Below, one piece after another: positions 35,910 through 48,315 of a stretch of 64,000 bases of DNA. The notes beneath the pieces are model-generated. The model was given only the letters and a program-made list of their open reading frames with translations. It ran no database searches and was not told where the DNA came from. Source of the DNA: Mobula hypostoma. Taxonomy: Eukaryota. The translations under genes were made by a program, and so were the position numbers. The number at the start of each line of letters is the position of its first letter. Positions within the stretch are counted from its first letter, which is position 1. The stretch spans positions 218,242,001 through 218,306,000 of the forward strand of contig NC_086097.1 in assembly GCF_963921235.1 (NCBI RefSeq). Direction: 5' to 3'.

Positions 35910-36655
35910 AGCGAGTCCCCATTAGAGGATCGGATGTGGAGAGGGCCAGTTGGTTTAAATTCCTTGAGATTACCTTATCAGAGTATTAGTCTTGGGACCA
36001 GCACATAAGTAGCATCACAAAGAAGGCATAAAAGCACCTCTACATTCTTAGAAGTTTGCGTAGATTCAGCATATCATCTAAAAATTTGACAACTTGTATA
36101 GATGCACGGTGGAGAGTATCCTGACTGATAGCAAACACCAATGCCCAGCAATGGAATACTGAACAAAAAGTGGCAGATATAGCTCAGTCCGTCAGAGGCA
36201 ATGCTCTCCCAATCAGTGAGCACATTTGCAAGCAGTGCTGCCACGAGAAATAGAATCCATCAGCAAAGATGCTCATCACCCTGGCCATGCACTCTTCTCG
36301 TTACTACCATCGGGCAGGAGGTGCAGAAGCCTTAGGTCTCATTCCACCAGGAACAGTTATTACCCTGTATCCATCAGGCACCTGAACCAGCATGGATAAC
36401 TTCACTTGCCTCAACACTGAACTGACTCCACAACCTGTAAGCTAACTTGTGAAGAGTTTAGAATTCAGTATTATTTAGTTATTTTCATTATTTATCTTTT
36501 ACTTGCTTGCTAGGCTTTGTTATTTATAGCTTTTCATAAATTCTACTCTATTTCTTTATTTTCCCCTAAGTGCCTACAAGAAAATGAATCTCCAGGTAAT
36601 GTATGGTGACATATATGTATTTCGATAATAAATTTACTTTGAGGTTTGAACTTTC
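35910..36655 (+). mobile_element. Rex1/Babar-type LINE 3' fragment
   Basis: FKFL.IT.SE.LSW.QHI..ITKKA motif through the family tail aataaatttactttgaggtttga. Confidence 0.8.
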
Positions 36656-36865
36656 AAATATTTTTGTGTTCTCGTATTCTAGATTCTCCCAGACATGCAC
36701 ATATTTTTCAAGTATAATAGTCTTTTCCAGCAGTGTATAACATCAGGAAGCATACAGAGATGAAGTAAGCAAGATTCAACCTCCAGACCAAAGACAGTGA
36801 TAGTTTTCTCATCTATCAGAGGAAGTCTCTTAGTTTTGTCCATTTCAGTGAATCCTAGACAATTG

Positions 36866-36929
36866 AAGGAACTGGAGTCAGGGCTCCAGTTAAGGAACTG
36901 GAGTCAGGGCTCCAGTTAAGGAACTGGAG
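36866..36929. repeat. 26-bp tandem repeat (2.5 copies) with an internal hairpin
   Basis: Unit aaggaactggagtcagggctccagtt; aactggag and ctccagtt are complementary. Confidence 0.9.
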
Positions 36930-37250
36930 CTGCAGCTCGATGACCTTCGGCTTGTTAGTGAAAGTGATGCAGTCATAGAGAGGAGCTACAGGGAGCTAGT
37001 CACCCCAAGGCTACAGGAGACAGCTAAATGGGTGACTGTCAGGAGAGGAAAGGGAGAATGTCAGATAGTGTAGAGCGCCCTTGTGGCTGTCCCCCTCAAC
37101 AATAAGTACTCCATTTTCAGTACTGATGGGGCACTGAGTCTGGCCTAGAAAGGTAAGGAAATGAAGAGTATTACAGCAGTAATAGGGGACTCTATAGTTA
37201 GGGGGACAGATAGGCAATTCTGTGGACTTGAAAGTCAAATACGGATGGTA

Positions 37251-37341
37251 ACACACATCAAAGTTGCTGGTGAACGCAGTAGGCCAGGCAGCATCTCTAG
37301 GAAGAGGTACAGTCAACGTTTCAGGCCGAGACCCTTTGCCA
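37251..37341 (-). mobile_element. 91-bp Penelope-derived hammerhead-like unit inserted in CR1 ORF1
   Basis: 8-bp TSD ggatggta at 37243-37250 and 37342-37349; minus strand reads ctggcaa-agggtctcggcct-gaaa-cgtt-gactg. Confidence 0.85.
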
Positions 37342-39265
37342 GGATGGTACTTTGGCTCCCAAGTGCCAGAGTCTGTGATGTTTCTGGAAGTGTCCACAAT
37401 ATCCTGAAAAGGGAGGACGAGCAGCCAGAAGCTGTGGCACATATTGGTACCAACGTTATGGGTACAAAAAGGGCGGAGGTCCTGAAAAATGAATACAGGG
37501 AGTTAGGAAGGTAGCTGAGAAGCAGGACCTCAAGGGTAGTAATCGCGGGATTGCTACCTGTGCCACACAACAGTGAGGATAGGAATAGAATGAGGTGACA
37601 GATAAACACGTGGCTGAAGAATTGGAGCAGGGGGCAAAGATTCAGATTTCTGGATAATAGGAATCTCTTCTGGGGCAGGTGTGACCTTTACAAAAGAAAC
37701 AGGTTGCACTTGAATCCGAGGGGAACCAATATTCTTGTGGGCAGATTTACTAGAGCTGTTGGGAGTGGTTTAAACTAATATGGCAGGGGGATGGGAACCA
37801 GTATGATCGAGCTGAGGATGAGTCAGCAAGTTTACAAGCAGGTGATGGATGTAACTTGAATGCAAGGAAGGGCAAGCCAACGACTGGGTATAAATGCATA
37901 CAGAGCAAAGAGTTAAATTGTGCCACAGAGGCAAAATTCAAAAGGGTGAAGTATGCAGGACTGAAGGTCCTGTATCTTGAATGCACGTAGCTTTCGAAAT
38001 CAGGTGGACAAACTCCTGATGTAATTACAGATTGGTCGGTATGATGTGGCATCACTGAGTCATGACTGAAAGGCGGCAATTGTTGGGAGCTTAAAAACAA
38101 AGGACATACTTTGTATCAAAGGGCCACGTAGGAAGGCACAGGTACTGGTATGGCTCTGCTGGTAAGAGATAGAATTACATCTTTATAAAGAGGTGACACA
38201 GGGTCAGAGAATGTTGAATCTTTGTGGGTGAAGTTACAAAACTGCAAAGGTAAAAAAAAAATCATTATGGGAATCATATATAGGCCTCCAAATAGTAGCC
38301 AAAATGTGGGACTGAGATTGCAAAGGGAGCTGGAAAAGGCATGCAATGGGGATAATGACACAATTGTAATGAGGGACTTCAATAGGCAAGGGGATTGGGA
38401 AAGTCAAGTTGGTGTCATATCGCAAGAGAGGGTATTTGTTGAATGCCTGCGAAATGGGTTTTTAGAGCAGCTTGTGCTTGAGCCTACTTGGGGAAAAGGC
38501 TATGTTCTGTAAAAACCCAGATCTTATTTGGGAGCTTAACTTAAAGGAACCCTTAGAAAGCAGTGAACATAATATGACTGAATTCATACCGCAACTTGAG
38601 GGGGAGAAGCATAACTCACATATATCAGTATTGCAATGGAATAAAGGGAATAAGAGGCATGAGAAAGCAGCTTGCCCAGGTGAACTGGAGGAGGATACTG
38701 CTGGGGATGACAGCAGAGCAGAGACGGGTGAAATTTCTGGGAATAGTTCACAAAGCGCAGGATAGCTATGTCCCACAGAAGTGGTTGTTCTCAAATGGCA
38801 GGGGTAGGCAACCATGGCTGACAAAGGAAGTTAAGGACAATATAAAAGCCAAGGAAAGTAAGGACTGCAAAAAAGCCAAGGAAAGGGTATACAAGGTAGC
38901 AAAAGTAAGTTGGAAGTTGGATGATTGGGAGGCTTTTAAAATCCAACAAAAGGCAACTAAAAAAGCTAAGGGAAAAGATTAAATATGAGGGCAAACTAGC
39001 CAATAATACAAAGCAGGATATTAAAAGATTTTTCAGTTATATAAAGAGTAAAAGGGAGATGAGAGTTGATATTGGACCACTGGAAAATATTGCTGGTGAG
39101 GTAGTAATGGGGAACAAAGAAAAGGCAGATGAACTTAATGGGTACTTTGCATCAGTCTTCACCATGGAAGACACTAGCAGTGTGTCAGAGGTCTGTGAGG
39201 GTCAGGGAGCTGGAGTGAGTGTTATTGCTACTACAAAAGGAAAAAGTGCCAGGCAAACTCATAGG

Positions 39266-41505
39266 TTATAAGTCATAAGACCATAAGATATAGGAACAGA
39301 AGTAGGCCATTCAGCCCATTGAGTTTGCTCCACCATTTTATCCAATTCTTCCAGACATCCCCACTCCCCTGCCTTCATCCCATACCCTTTGATGCCCTGG
39401 CTAATCAAGAACCTATCTATCTCTGCCTTAAATACACCCAATGACTTGGCCTCCACAGCTGCTTGTGACAACAAATTCCACAGATTTACCACCCTCTGAC
39501 TAAAGTAACTTCTCTGCATCTCAGTTCTAAGTGGATGTTCTTCAATTCTGAAGTCATGCCCTCATATCCTGGAATCCCCTACAATGGGAAATAACTTTGC
39601 CATATCTAATCTGTTCAGGCCTTCCCCCCTCGTTCCCCTAACTCCACGGAATACAGTCCCAAGAGCTGCCAGATGTTCCTCATAAGGTAACCCTTTCATT
39701 CCTGGAATTATTCTTGAGATTCTTTGAACCCTCTCCAATGCCAGTATATCCTTTCCAAAATAAGGAGCCCAAAACTGCACACAATACTCCAAACGTGGTC
39801 TCATGAGTGCCTTAAATAGAGCCTCAACATCACATCCCTGCTCTTATATTCTATACCTCTAGAAATGAATGCCAACATTGCATTTGCCTTCTTCACAACT
39901 GTTTATTTCTTCCAAAGTGCATGACCATACACTTTCCAACATTGTATTTCATTTGCCACTTCTTTGCCCATTCCTCTAAACTATCCAAGTCTCTCTGCTT
40001 CCTCAACACTACCTGCTCCTTCACCTATCTTTGTATCATCGGCAAATTTAGCCACAAATCCATTAATACTGTAGTCCAAATCATTGACATACATCGTAAA
40101 AAGCAGCGATCCCAACACCGACCCCTGTGGAACTCCACAGCCAGCCAGAATAGGATCCATTTATTCCCAGTCTCTGTTTTCTGCCGACCAGCCAATGATT
40201 CACCCATGCCAGTAACTTCCCTATAATTCCATGGGCTCTTATCTTGCTAAGCAGCCTCATGTGTGGCACCTTGTCAAAGGCCTTCTACAAATCCAAGTAC
40301 ACCACGTCTACTGAACCTCCTTTGTCTACCCTGTTTGTAATTTCCTCAAAGAATTGCAGTAGGTTAGTCAGGCAGGATTTTCCTTTCAGGAAACAATGCT
40401 GGCTTTGACCTATCTTGTCATATGCCACCAGGTAATCTGTAATCTCATCCCTACAATCAATTCCAACAACTTCCCAATCAGGCTAACAGGTCTATAGTTT
40501 CCTTTCTTCTGCCTCCCACCCTTCTTAAATAGCGGAGTAACATGTGCAATTTTCCAGTCATCCAGTACAATGCCAGAATCTATCGATTCTTGAAAGATCA
40601 TCATTAATGTCTCCACAATCTCTCCAGCTACTTCCTTCAGAACCCGAGGGTGCATTCCATCAGGTCCAGGTGATTTATCCACCCTCAGACCATTAATGAA
40701 TGTCCGGTATACTGCAGACATCTTCCACTGTGAAGACTGATGCAAAATATGCATTCAGTTCTTCTGCCATCTCTGCATTTCTCATTACAATATCTCCAGC
40801 ATCATTTTGTACTGGTCTTATATCTAACCTTGACTCTCTTTTACCCTTTATATACTTAAAAAAAAAGCTTTTAGTATCTTCTTTGATATTAGTTACCAGC
40901 TTCCTTTCATAATTCATCTTTTCCTTCCTAATGACCTTCTGAGTTTCCTTCTGCAAGTTTTTAAAAGCTTCCCAATCTTCTATCTTCGGCTTCCTTGTAT
41001 GCCCTCTCTTTTGCTTTTACTTTAGCTCTGACTTCACTTCTCAGCCACGGTCGTGTTCTTGTTCCATTCAAAAATTTCTTCTTATTTGGAATATATCTCT
41101 TGCACTTCCCTCAGTTTTTCGCAGAAACTCCAGCCATTGCTGCTCTGCTGTCCTTCCTGCAAATGTCCCTTTCCAGTCAACTTCGGCTAGTTCCCCTCTC
41201 ATGCCATTGTAATTTTGTTTATTCCACTGAAATAGCGACACATTGGATTTTATTTTTTCCCTCTCAAATTTCAGTGTGAACTCGATCATATTGTGATCAC
41301 TGTTCCCTAAGGGTTCCTTAACCTTAAGCTCTCTTATCACCTCTGGGTCATTGCACAACAGCCAATCCAGCACAGCCAATTCTCTCATGGGCTCAACAAC
41401 AAGCTGTTCTAAAAAGCCATCCCTTAGACATTCTACAAATTCTCTCTCTCTCGAGGTCCAGTACTGACCTGGTTTTCCCAATCCACTTTCATGTTAAAAT
41501 CCCCA
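39266..41505 (-). mobile_element. CR1 LINE (EN C-terminus to 3' tail) with internal deletions
   Basis: Minus ORFs: EFVECLRDGFLEQLV, KSPGPDGMHPRVLKEVA, RPRLEYCVQFWAP; tandem tail (cataaga)n near 39270-39290. Confidence 0.9.
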
Positions 41506-42800
41506 ACCTGGACCAGAAGAACTACATTCCACAGTCCTGAGAGAAGTTGCTGAAAAGATAACAGATGCATTGATCATGATCATTCAAGAATCTCTTGATT
41601 CTGGCATGGTCCCAGAGGACTGGAATATTGCAAATGTCACTTCACTCTTTAAGAAGGGAGGAGGGAAAAAGAAAGGAAATTATAAGGTAGTTAACCTTAG
41701 AGTCTACTATTAAGGATGAGTTTTAGGGGTACTTAGAGACTAATAATAAGTCAAAGTCAGCCTGGTTTCTGTAAAGGGAAATCTTGCCTGACAAATCTGT
41801 TAAAGTTCTTAGAGAAAGTATCAAGCAGGATGGACAAAAGAGAGGCAGTGGATGTCATTTACTTGGATTTTCAGAAGGCACTTGATAAGGTGCCATACAT
41901 GAGGCTGCTTAACAAGATAAAATCTTATGGCATTACAGGAAAGATACTGGCATGGATAGAGGAATGGCTAAAAGCCGGAGGCAGCGTGTGTGAACAAAGG
42001 GGCCTTTTCTGGTTGGCTGCCAGTGACTAGTGGTGTTCCTCAGGGGTCAGTGTTGGAATTGCTACTTTTCACATTGTTTGTCAATGATTTGAACAATGGA
42101 ATTGATGGCATTGTGGCAAAGTTTGCAGCTGATATGAAGAAAAGTGGAGGAGTAGGTAGTGCTGAGGAAGCAATGCTGAAGAATAATATAAAAGCAAGGA
42201 GAAAATGCTGAGCCATTATAAGATACTAGTCAGGCAGCACTTAAGAGGATTGTCAACAATTTTGGGCACCATATCTCAGAAAGGATGTGTCGTCCTTGGA
42301 CAGAGTTCAGAGGAGGCTCACGAGGATGATTCCACGAATGAAGGGGTTAACATATGAGGAGCGTTTGGCAGCTTTGGGCCTGTACTCACTGGAATTTAGA
42401 AGAATGTAGGGGGATCTCATTGAAACTTACCGAATGTTGAAAGGACTCGATAGGATGGATGTGGAGAGTATGTTTCCTATGGTGGGGGTATCCAGAACTA
42501 GAGGGCACAGCCTCAAAATTGAAAGGCGATCTTTTAGAACAGAGGTAAGGAAGATTTTTTTTGTTAGCTAGAGAATAGTGAATCTGTGGAATGCTCTGCC
42601 ACAGACTGCAGTGGAGGCTAAGTCTGTGGGTATATTTAAGGCAGAAGTTGATAAGCTTCCTGATCAGTCAGGGCATCAAAAGATATGGCGAGAAGGCAGG
42701 CGAATGGGGAATCGGTGGGATCCAGAATTAGCCATGATGGAATGGTGGAGGAGACTCAATGGGCTGAATGACCTAATTCTGCTCCTATGTCTTAAGGTCT
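41506..42800 (+). mobile_element. CR1 LINE (RT to 3' end) with an internal deletion
   Basis: VDVIYLDFQKALDKVP, TSGVPQGSVL, NLWNALPQTAVEAKS. Confidence 0.9.
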
Positions 42801-42809
42801 TAAACCTCT

Positions 42810-42920
42810 TTCTCAGATCTGATGAAGGATTCTTCCTCTGAAATATTAACTGTCTCTCCTTCTACAGATGTTGCCTGACCTGCTTAGCCCTTCTCTCCCC
42901 CCAGAATTTTCTCTTTTGTA
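42810..42920 (+). mobile_element. Penelope-derived hammerhead-like tail
   Basis: cagat-CTGATGA (42819)-aggattcttcctct-GAAA-tatt-aactg, then cagatgttgcctgacctgct. Confidence 0.6.
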
Positions 42921-42948
42921 GAAAAATTGTGTGCTCTGCTTTACTAAC

Positions 42949-42969
42949 CTGTCAGAAAAGTCCCAATAT
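42949..42969 (-). CDS. Candidate 21-nt micro-exon (DIGTFLT)
   Basis: Donor CAG|gttagt, weak acceptor ttgttaacaaag; phase 1-1 fits the chain. Confidence 0.25.
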
Positions 42970-43239
42970 CTTTGTTAACAATTTATTAAGAATAAAGGGC
43001 TTGAAATTACTGCCATTAAGCTATTTTGTCTCATCCTATTAGTTCTTATAAATCCCTCCACCATTTCTTGCCTAATAAGACTTGCATCTCACTTCTCAGT
43101 TCTGACAAAGAATTGCAAAACCTAAGCATCAGTCATTTCTCTTTCAACAGATACTGTCTGATCTGCTGAGCTTTTGCAGCATTTTCTGCTTTTCACATTT
43201 CTGACAACTGCAGTTAATCTGACACTGATGGAAACTGAC

Positions 43240-43303
43240 CTCTTTGCAGGGGGAAAAACCCAAGCAGCAAAGCCAGTATAGGGCAGAATACCAGTAGTAA
43301 AAG
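43240..43303 (-). CDS. Candidate 64-nt hydrophobic exon (LLLLVFCPILALLLGFFPLQR, or FYYWYSALYWLCCLGFSPCKE)
   Basis: Acceptor tataattctgcag, donor GAG|gtcagt; all three frames are open. Confidence 0.35.
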
Positions 43304-44862
43304 CTGCAGAATTATATGGGAAGACTTGACTTCACAAATGGAAGCTAAGTAAACAAAAGCAAGCATGCAGATTATTGATCTGTTATGGGATTAAATTCTT
43401 TCTCAATTACAAGCACCTTATAACAAATTTTAAAATAGTGGAATTGGAAAAGTTATTTTTAAAAATCCATCAACATCCCCAATGAGCCCAACAAGCAGAC
43501 CATATCTGCATTCACCTTCAGCTAAACATAACAACTGAACTATTACACTTAAAAAGATCTACCATCTTTTTATTCCACCATCATAGTTGCTGGTGACTGC
43601 CAACTCAAACTTTATTATCCTCGGGCACCACAGAAGTGCAGTGGTACTAAATGTATTGACCACGAAGTTAAAAGTTTTGCACAAGTTCTTTTGTTTTTTT
43701 TATTATTATTATGAATGGTTTATTATTGAAATTGAACATTAGCAGAAGTCCTGGATCCATACTTTGATAATCTGTTGCAGTGCAACTATGCTACCTGTAT
43801 TTATTTGACAAGGTGGAAAATTGCCAAAGAAAGCACCACAGATTCAAGGCAGCCACCTACATACAGCCCTATTAACTTCCTTCCACTAAATAATTATCTT
43901 TAAAATATTTTTATTTTAATAATTTGTGTCATAAATGCTTTGAGAATCAATGGTATGATGGGATTTCAGCAAACCTAGGTTTTACGACTTATTTTAATAG
44001 TACAAATGGTGATTTACACATTAAGTACAAGGCAAAAATTAACAGTATTTTAACCATTCCAGCACTTATACCCTCACCCCCTCACAAACCAAAGCTTAAC
44101 TCAGTGTTTAAGCTTCCCTTAGCAATAAGATTAATATCCAAACACTTAGGATAAAGCAGTGTACTATTTCAAAATACAAAATTATATTTTGTAAGAGCTT
44201 GCTTTTTTCCCCTCAGCATTCAAATACAAAACTGAGTTATCCAAGGTTTGCAATTCTAAATTCAATGCAAATTAATTCAAGAGTGGAAAAACATCTCCTA
44301 ATATTACAACCCATGCTTTATGACTAGCCAAAGCAATCTGGTGCAACTGCAGTTTTCTTGATGCAATGTCAGTTCAAGCTAGTATCTTTTTAAATTACGC
44401 AAATGCTATATGAACCTTCTGAGACAACTATAGAAATGTTATTCAGAAGTACTTGTATTAATTTTACGATGTTAAAGATTTATCAGCTGAAACCATCATA
44501 CATTCAATCCTGTTCCTTACTAAATCATTATTGCATTACAATGTATATGATAAATCAATCTATTATCTGTATAAGGTGTTCTGTTATTACAAAACATTAG
44601 ATGCATTAGGATACAATTTTTCTAAGCAATTATTGCATGTAATTGATCAGATAAGTGTCTTGGGATTTTTTTTGTTTTACTATGTTCATTCTGCATTTAC
44701 AATATTCATTTCTTTTACGGATCTGGCCACTGCTGGCAAGGTCAGTATTGCTAATTCACCTGCTGAAAGTACTGAGTGATCCTTTTGGTGAAGGTGTGTG
44801 CATATTGCTACTGGGTAGACAGTTCCAGGATTTTGACCCAGCAGTGATGATGCAGTGATAAC

Positions 44863-46562
44863 CAATGTTTCCTCTAATCTTTAGTAGTCAGTGTGTGCAA
44901 AAATCTTATATTGTGCAAATTTTTTTCCTGTGACAAAAATATGTGCCCACTGACTGCACACATGGGACAGTTTATGTAGGTTTACAAAATACTTGACATA
45001 AAACTGCACAGAATAACAACAAAATAACATACATATTTAAGTCACACACACAAAAGGGATACGAGGCTGGAGAAGGCAGAGGATCATGGGACAGGAGGCC
45101 TAGGGAGAAAGAAAGGGGGAGGGGGGGGAAGCCCAGAGGATGGGCAAGAAGTTATAGTGAGAGGGACAGAGGGAGAAAAATAAAGAGAAAAAAGGGGAAA
45201 GAAAAAAAACCCATAATAATTAAATAAATAAATAAGGGATGGGGTACAAAGGGGAGGAGGGGCATTAATGGAAGTTAGAGAAGTCAATGTTCATGCTATC
45301 AGGTTGGAGATATTTAATTTTTATCATATTTAAGTCACTCAGTTATTTTTGCTCTCTCCTGTCTTTGGCATCTACCCATTCTTTGTAAACTATCTCGACT
45401 AATAGAACCTCCATCGCATTGATAACTTTTGATTCTCATTAACATATCAAATGACATTCACCTCAATGGTTTGTCAGCTTGTTTTTGAGTTGATTCATTA
45501 GGCTAAAACCTCGCTCACAGTCCGCAATAGACGCAAGAAAGGTTCCCCCAATGTCCATCAACTGTGCAAGGTCGCAAAACTGTTCATTTTGAAGTACAAA
45601 TGCCACCATTTGAGCAAAGTTTGAAATCGGTTTGGATTTAATTTTTTCTTGCACGGAAAATTTGAAATCATTAAACTGTCTAACTATTACAATATTTTCA
45701 GCTAGAAAATCATGATATTTTAGACATAAGGCATTAACTTGTTCATCACCAGGTGTGAAGTCAGATCTGCAAATGCGGAGAAACCAAAAGCTGACCATTC
45801 TTGTACCTCAACTTTGATCTCCTTTGAGTTTGATCGGTTTCGCTCTTGCCCATCTGCACTCAACCGTAACATGCGTAGCACTCCTGTAATGGGTAACGAC
45901 GGGTTCTGTTGCCTGAGCTTTTGTACACCGTCCAAATGTGATTTACTTGCCAAATGATGCTTCAAAAAGTCATTTCCAAATATCATCCCACTTCTTTCCA
46001 CTAGCAAATTCTCCACCAACTTTCGCATCACGACAATACAAACAGATAACTCCAGTTTCCGAATCATACATAAATATTTCTCGTAGCTGAACGTTCATGA
46101 CCTCATGAGCTTTCGGTGTAACAGTTTCTACTATTTTGTTAAGCCATTCAACTTTAAACAAATTGCAGTTCTTTTGCACTTCACACCCTTCACTTCTTTT
46201 GAATTCAACATACTGAATCAATATATTTTCCAATAAAAACTTAGTAAGCTATCTACAGGATTTGAAACAGATCTTTGTAAACTTTACGATATGAACACTG
46301 TCCGCCAAACATGGCTGCCGTCGTGATGCAGTTGTACAAACCGGAACAGGATAGGTGAGGTGACATAAATTAGTGATGTGCATTGTGGTATTTGAAAAAC
46401 CAACTAACTAGTTAACAGGAACAGTTAGCTAAAAGATTATTTTCAATAAGTATAATTATTAACATTATTTTAGGTAACTATCCTTTTGTGCACACATTAA
46501 TTTCCTTTGTGCGCTGGTTGAAAAACGTGTGCGCATACGCACACGGCTTAGAGGGAACTATG
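44863..46562 (-). mobile_element. hAT (Tip100-like) DNA transposon, internally deleted, both ends present
   Basis: 8-bp TSD gtgataac at 44855-44862 and 46563-46570; TIRs caatgtttcctctaa and catagttccctctaa (reverse complement); zinc finger CLYCRDAK...LKHHLASKSH; hATC motif LASIADCERGFSLMNQLKNKL. Confidence 0.92.
45046..45324 (-). mobile_element. Penelope-like 3' fragment nested in the hAT element
   Basis: 14-bp TSD catatttaagtcac at 45032-45045 and 45325-45338; encodes LQPDSMNIDFSNF followed by a pyrimidine-rich tail. Confidence 0.75.
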
Positions 46563-46639
46563 GTGATAACACATTTCCAAAGCAATCACTATCCATGTCC
46601 TTTTTAAATGGTAGAGGTTTCAAGTTTGATTAGTTATCA

Positions 46640-47385
46640 GAATTTGAATTTGAATTTATTAAAATCTTACATCTGTCCCACAATGTGAGGGAGTAAAAAT
46701 CTATGACTCCTTCGCAATGTACAGACATGTGAATTTATAAGTCTAATGGCTTGTAGGAAGAAGCTGTCCCATAGCCTGTTGGTCCTGGCTTTAATGTTGC
46801 GGTATCATTTGTCAGACAGAAACAGCTGAAACAGTTTATGGTTGGGGTGACTGGTATCCCTGATGATCTTCCAGGCCTTCTTTATGTACCTGCTGCTGCA
46901 AATGTCCTCATGGAGAGAAGTTCACATCCACAGATGTGCTGGGCTGTCCGTGCCACTCCCTGTAGTGCCCAGCGATCAAGGTTGGTGCAGTTCCCATACC
47001 TGGCAGTGATACAGCCAGTCAGGATGCTCTCAATGGTGCCCCTGTAGAAGGTCTTGAGGATTTGGGGACCTATGTCAAACTTCTTCAGTCGCTTGAGGTG
47101 GAAGAGACACTGTTGTGCTTTTACTTTGCCACACAGCCGGTGTGTATAGTCCAGATGAGATTTTTGGCGATGTGTATACCAAGGAGCTTGAAACTGATCA
47201 CCCTCTAAACTGCAGTCCCATTGTTGTTGATCAGGGCGAGCCTGTCTTTGTTCCTCCTGTAATCCACAATCAGCTCCTTTGTTTTTTTGACACTGTGGGA
47301 GAGGTTGCTATCTTGGCACCACCGTATCAGGGTGTTAACCCCTCCTCTGTAGGCTGTCTTGTCACCACTAGAAACAAGGCCAATC
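46640..47385 (-). mobile_element. Rex1/Babar-type LINE 3' fragment
   Basis: WCQDSNLS.SVKKTKELIVDYRR; tail (aattca)n. Confidence 0.8.
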
Positions 47386-48219
47386 AATTCAGTAAATGTA
47401 TTTTGTTGTTATCCATACCACTGCTATGGTGTTCAAATATTTGAAGTGGTGCATGCACAGGGTATATGGGATGAAAATTAAGTGGGCTGCCTTGTCTTGA
47501 ATGTGTGTAACCTTGTATATGCATACAAGCTGCTATCCCATCTCTCTATAAAAGAGAGTGAAGTATAAAAAGACAACTTATTTTAAACAAAATAATTACT
47601 GAAATGCTTACAGGTATTCTTCAAGTAGTTTTCAAACTCATTACATAATTATACCTTGAACCTCACAATGATAAAGGAATTTTTTAAACTTTATTTTAAT
47701 TGCAATAGTTGAAGGTAGAAATCTATTCTTAATGAACGGTAACTATTGACAGTTTAATAAACAAGGAAAAATAGGCACTTAATCACAAAAGGTAGCAATA
47801 GAAAATAATTAGCAAAATTATTTTTTCAAAATGGTTTGTTCCAAAATCCAGTGGAGAAAGCAAACTGAACTGCAAATACTCCAAAATATAATTTTTTCCA
47901 TCCTCTGACTAGTGCTGCTGCTCAGGAAGTCATTAAAAAGATGAGAAAAAATTACACATGATCTGAATGCAGAGTCTTGACTGAAATCTCAGTGTAACAG
48001 ACAGATAAAATACAGGTGAGTCAAAAATTTTAAGTCAATATTTTTCAGTAAAAACTTTAAATTATGTATTCAAATAAATTTTATTTCTCAGCAAAGTAAC
48101 TGACAAAGAATGCATCTGTGAAACAGAATATGCAATTGCAAAACTTTACACAGATAGAGTGAACATTTGTCATTCATCATCAAAACACTAGATCCTTCTT
48201 CATTAGTCATTTTACTTAC

Positions 48220-48263
48220 CTAACAGTAAAAACCAAGATAACTTCCATCAAATTTATGACTTG
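48220..48263 (-). CDS. Candidate 44-nt exon (QVINLMEVILVFTV)
   Basis: Consensus donor TAG|gtaagt, acceptor gtattttcacaaaag, a single open frame. Confidence 0.25.
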
Positions 48264-48315
48264 CTTTTGTGAAAATACTAACACTCCCTTGGGCATTATA
48301 CAACTGCTCTCAGAA

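Larger units (their letters stand above)
36810..39262 (+). mobile_element. CR1 LINE 5' portion: ORF1 (SGNH esterase-like) and ORF2 endonuclease
   Basis: VIGDSIVRG and HIGTN in ORF1; WVKL...IYRPPNS, DFN and SEHNM in the endonuclease; LNGYFASVFT. Confidence 0.9.

Noticed and set aside
36866..36929. Repeat with an internal palindrome, superficially CRISPR-like
   Set aside because: No spacers, eukaryotic context, located inside CR1 ORF1.
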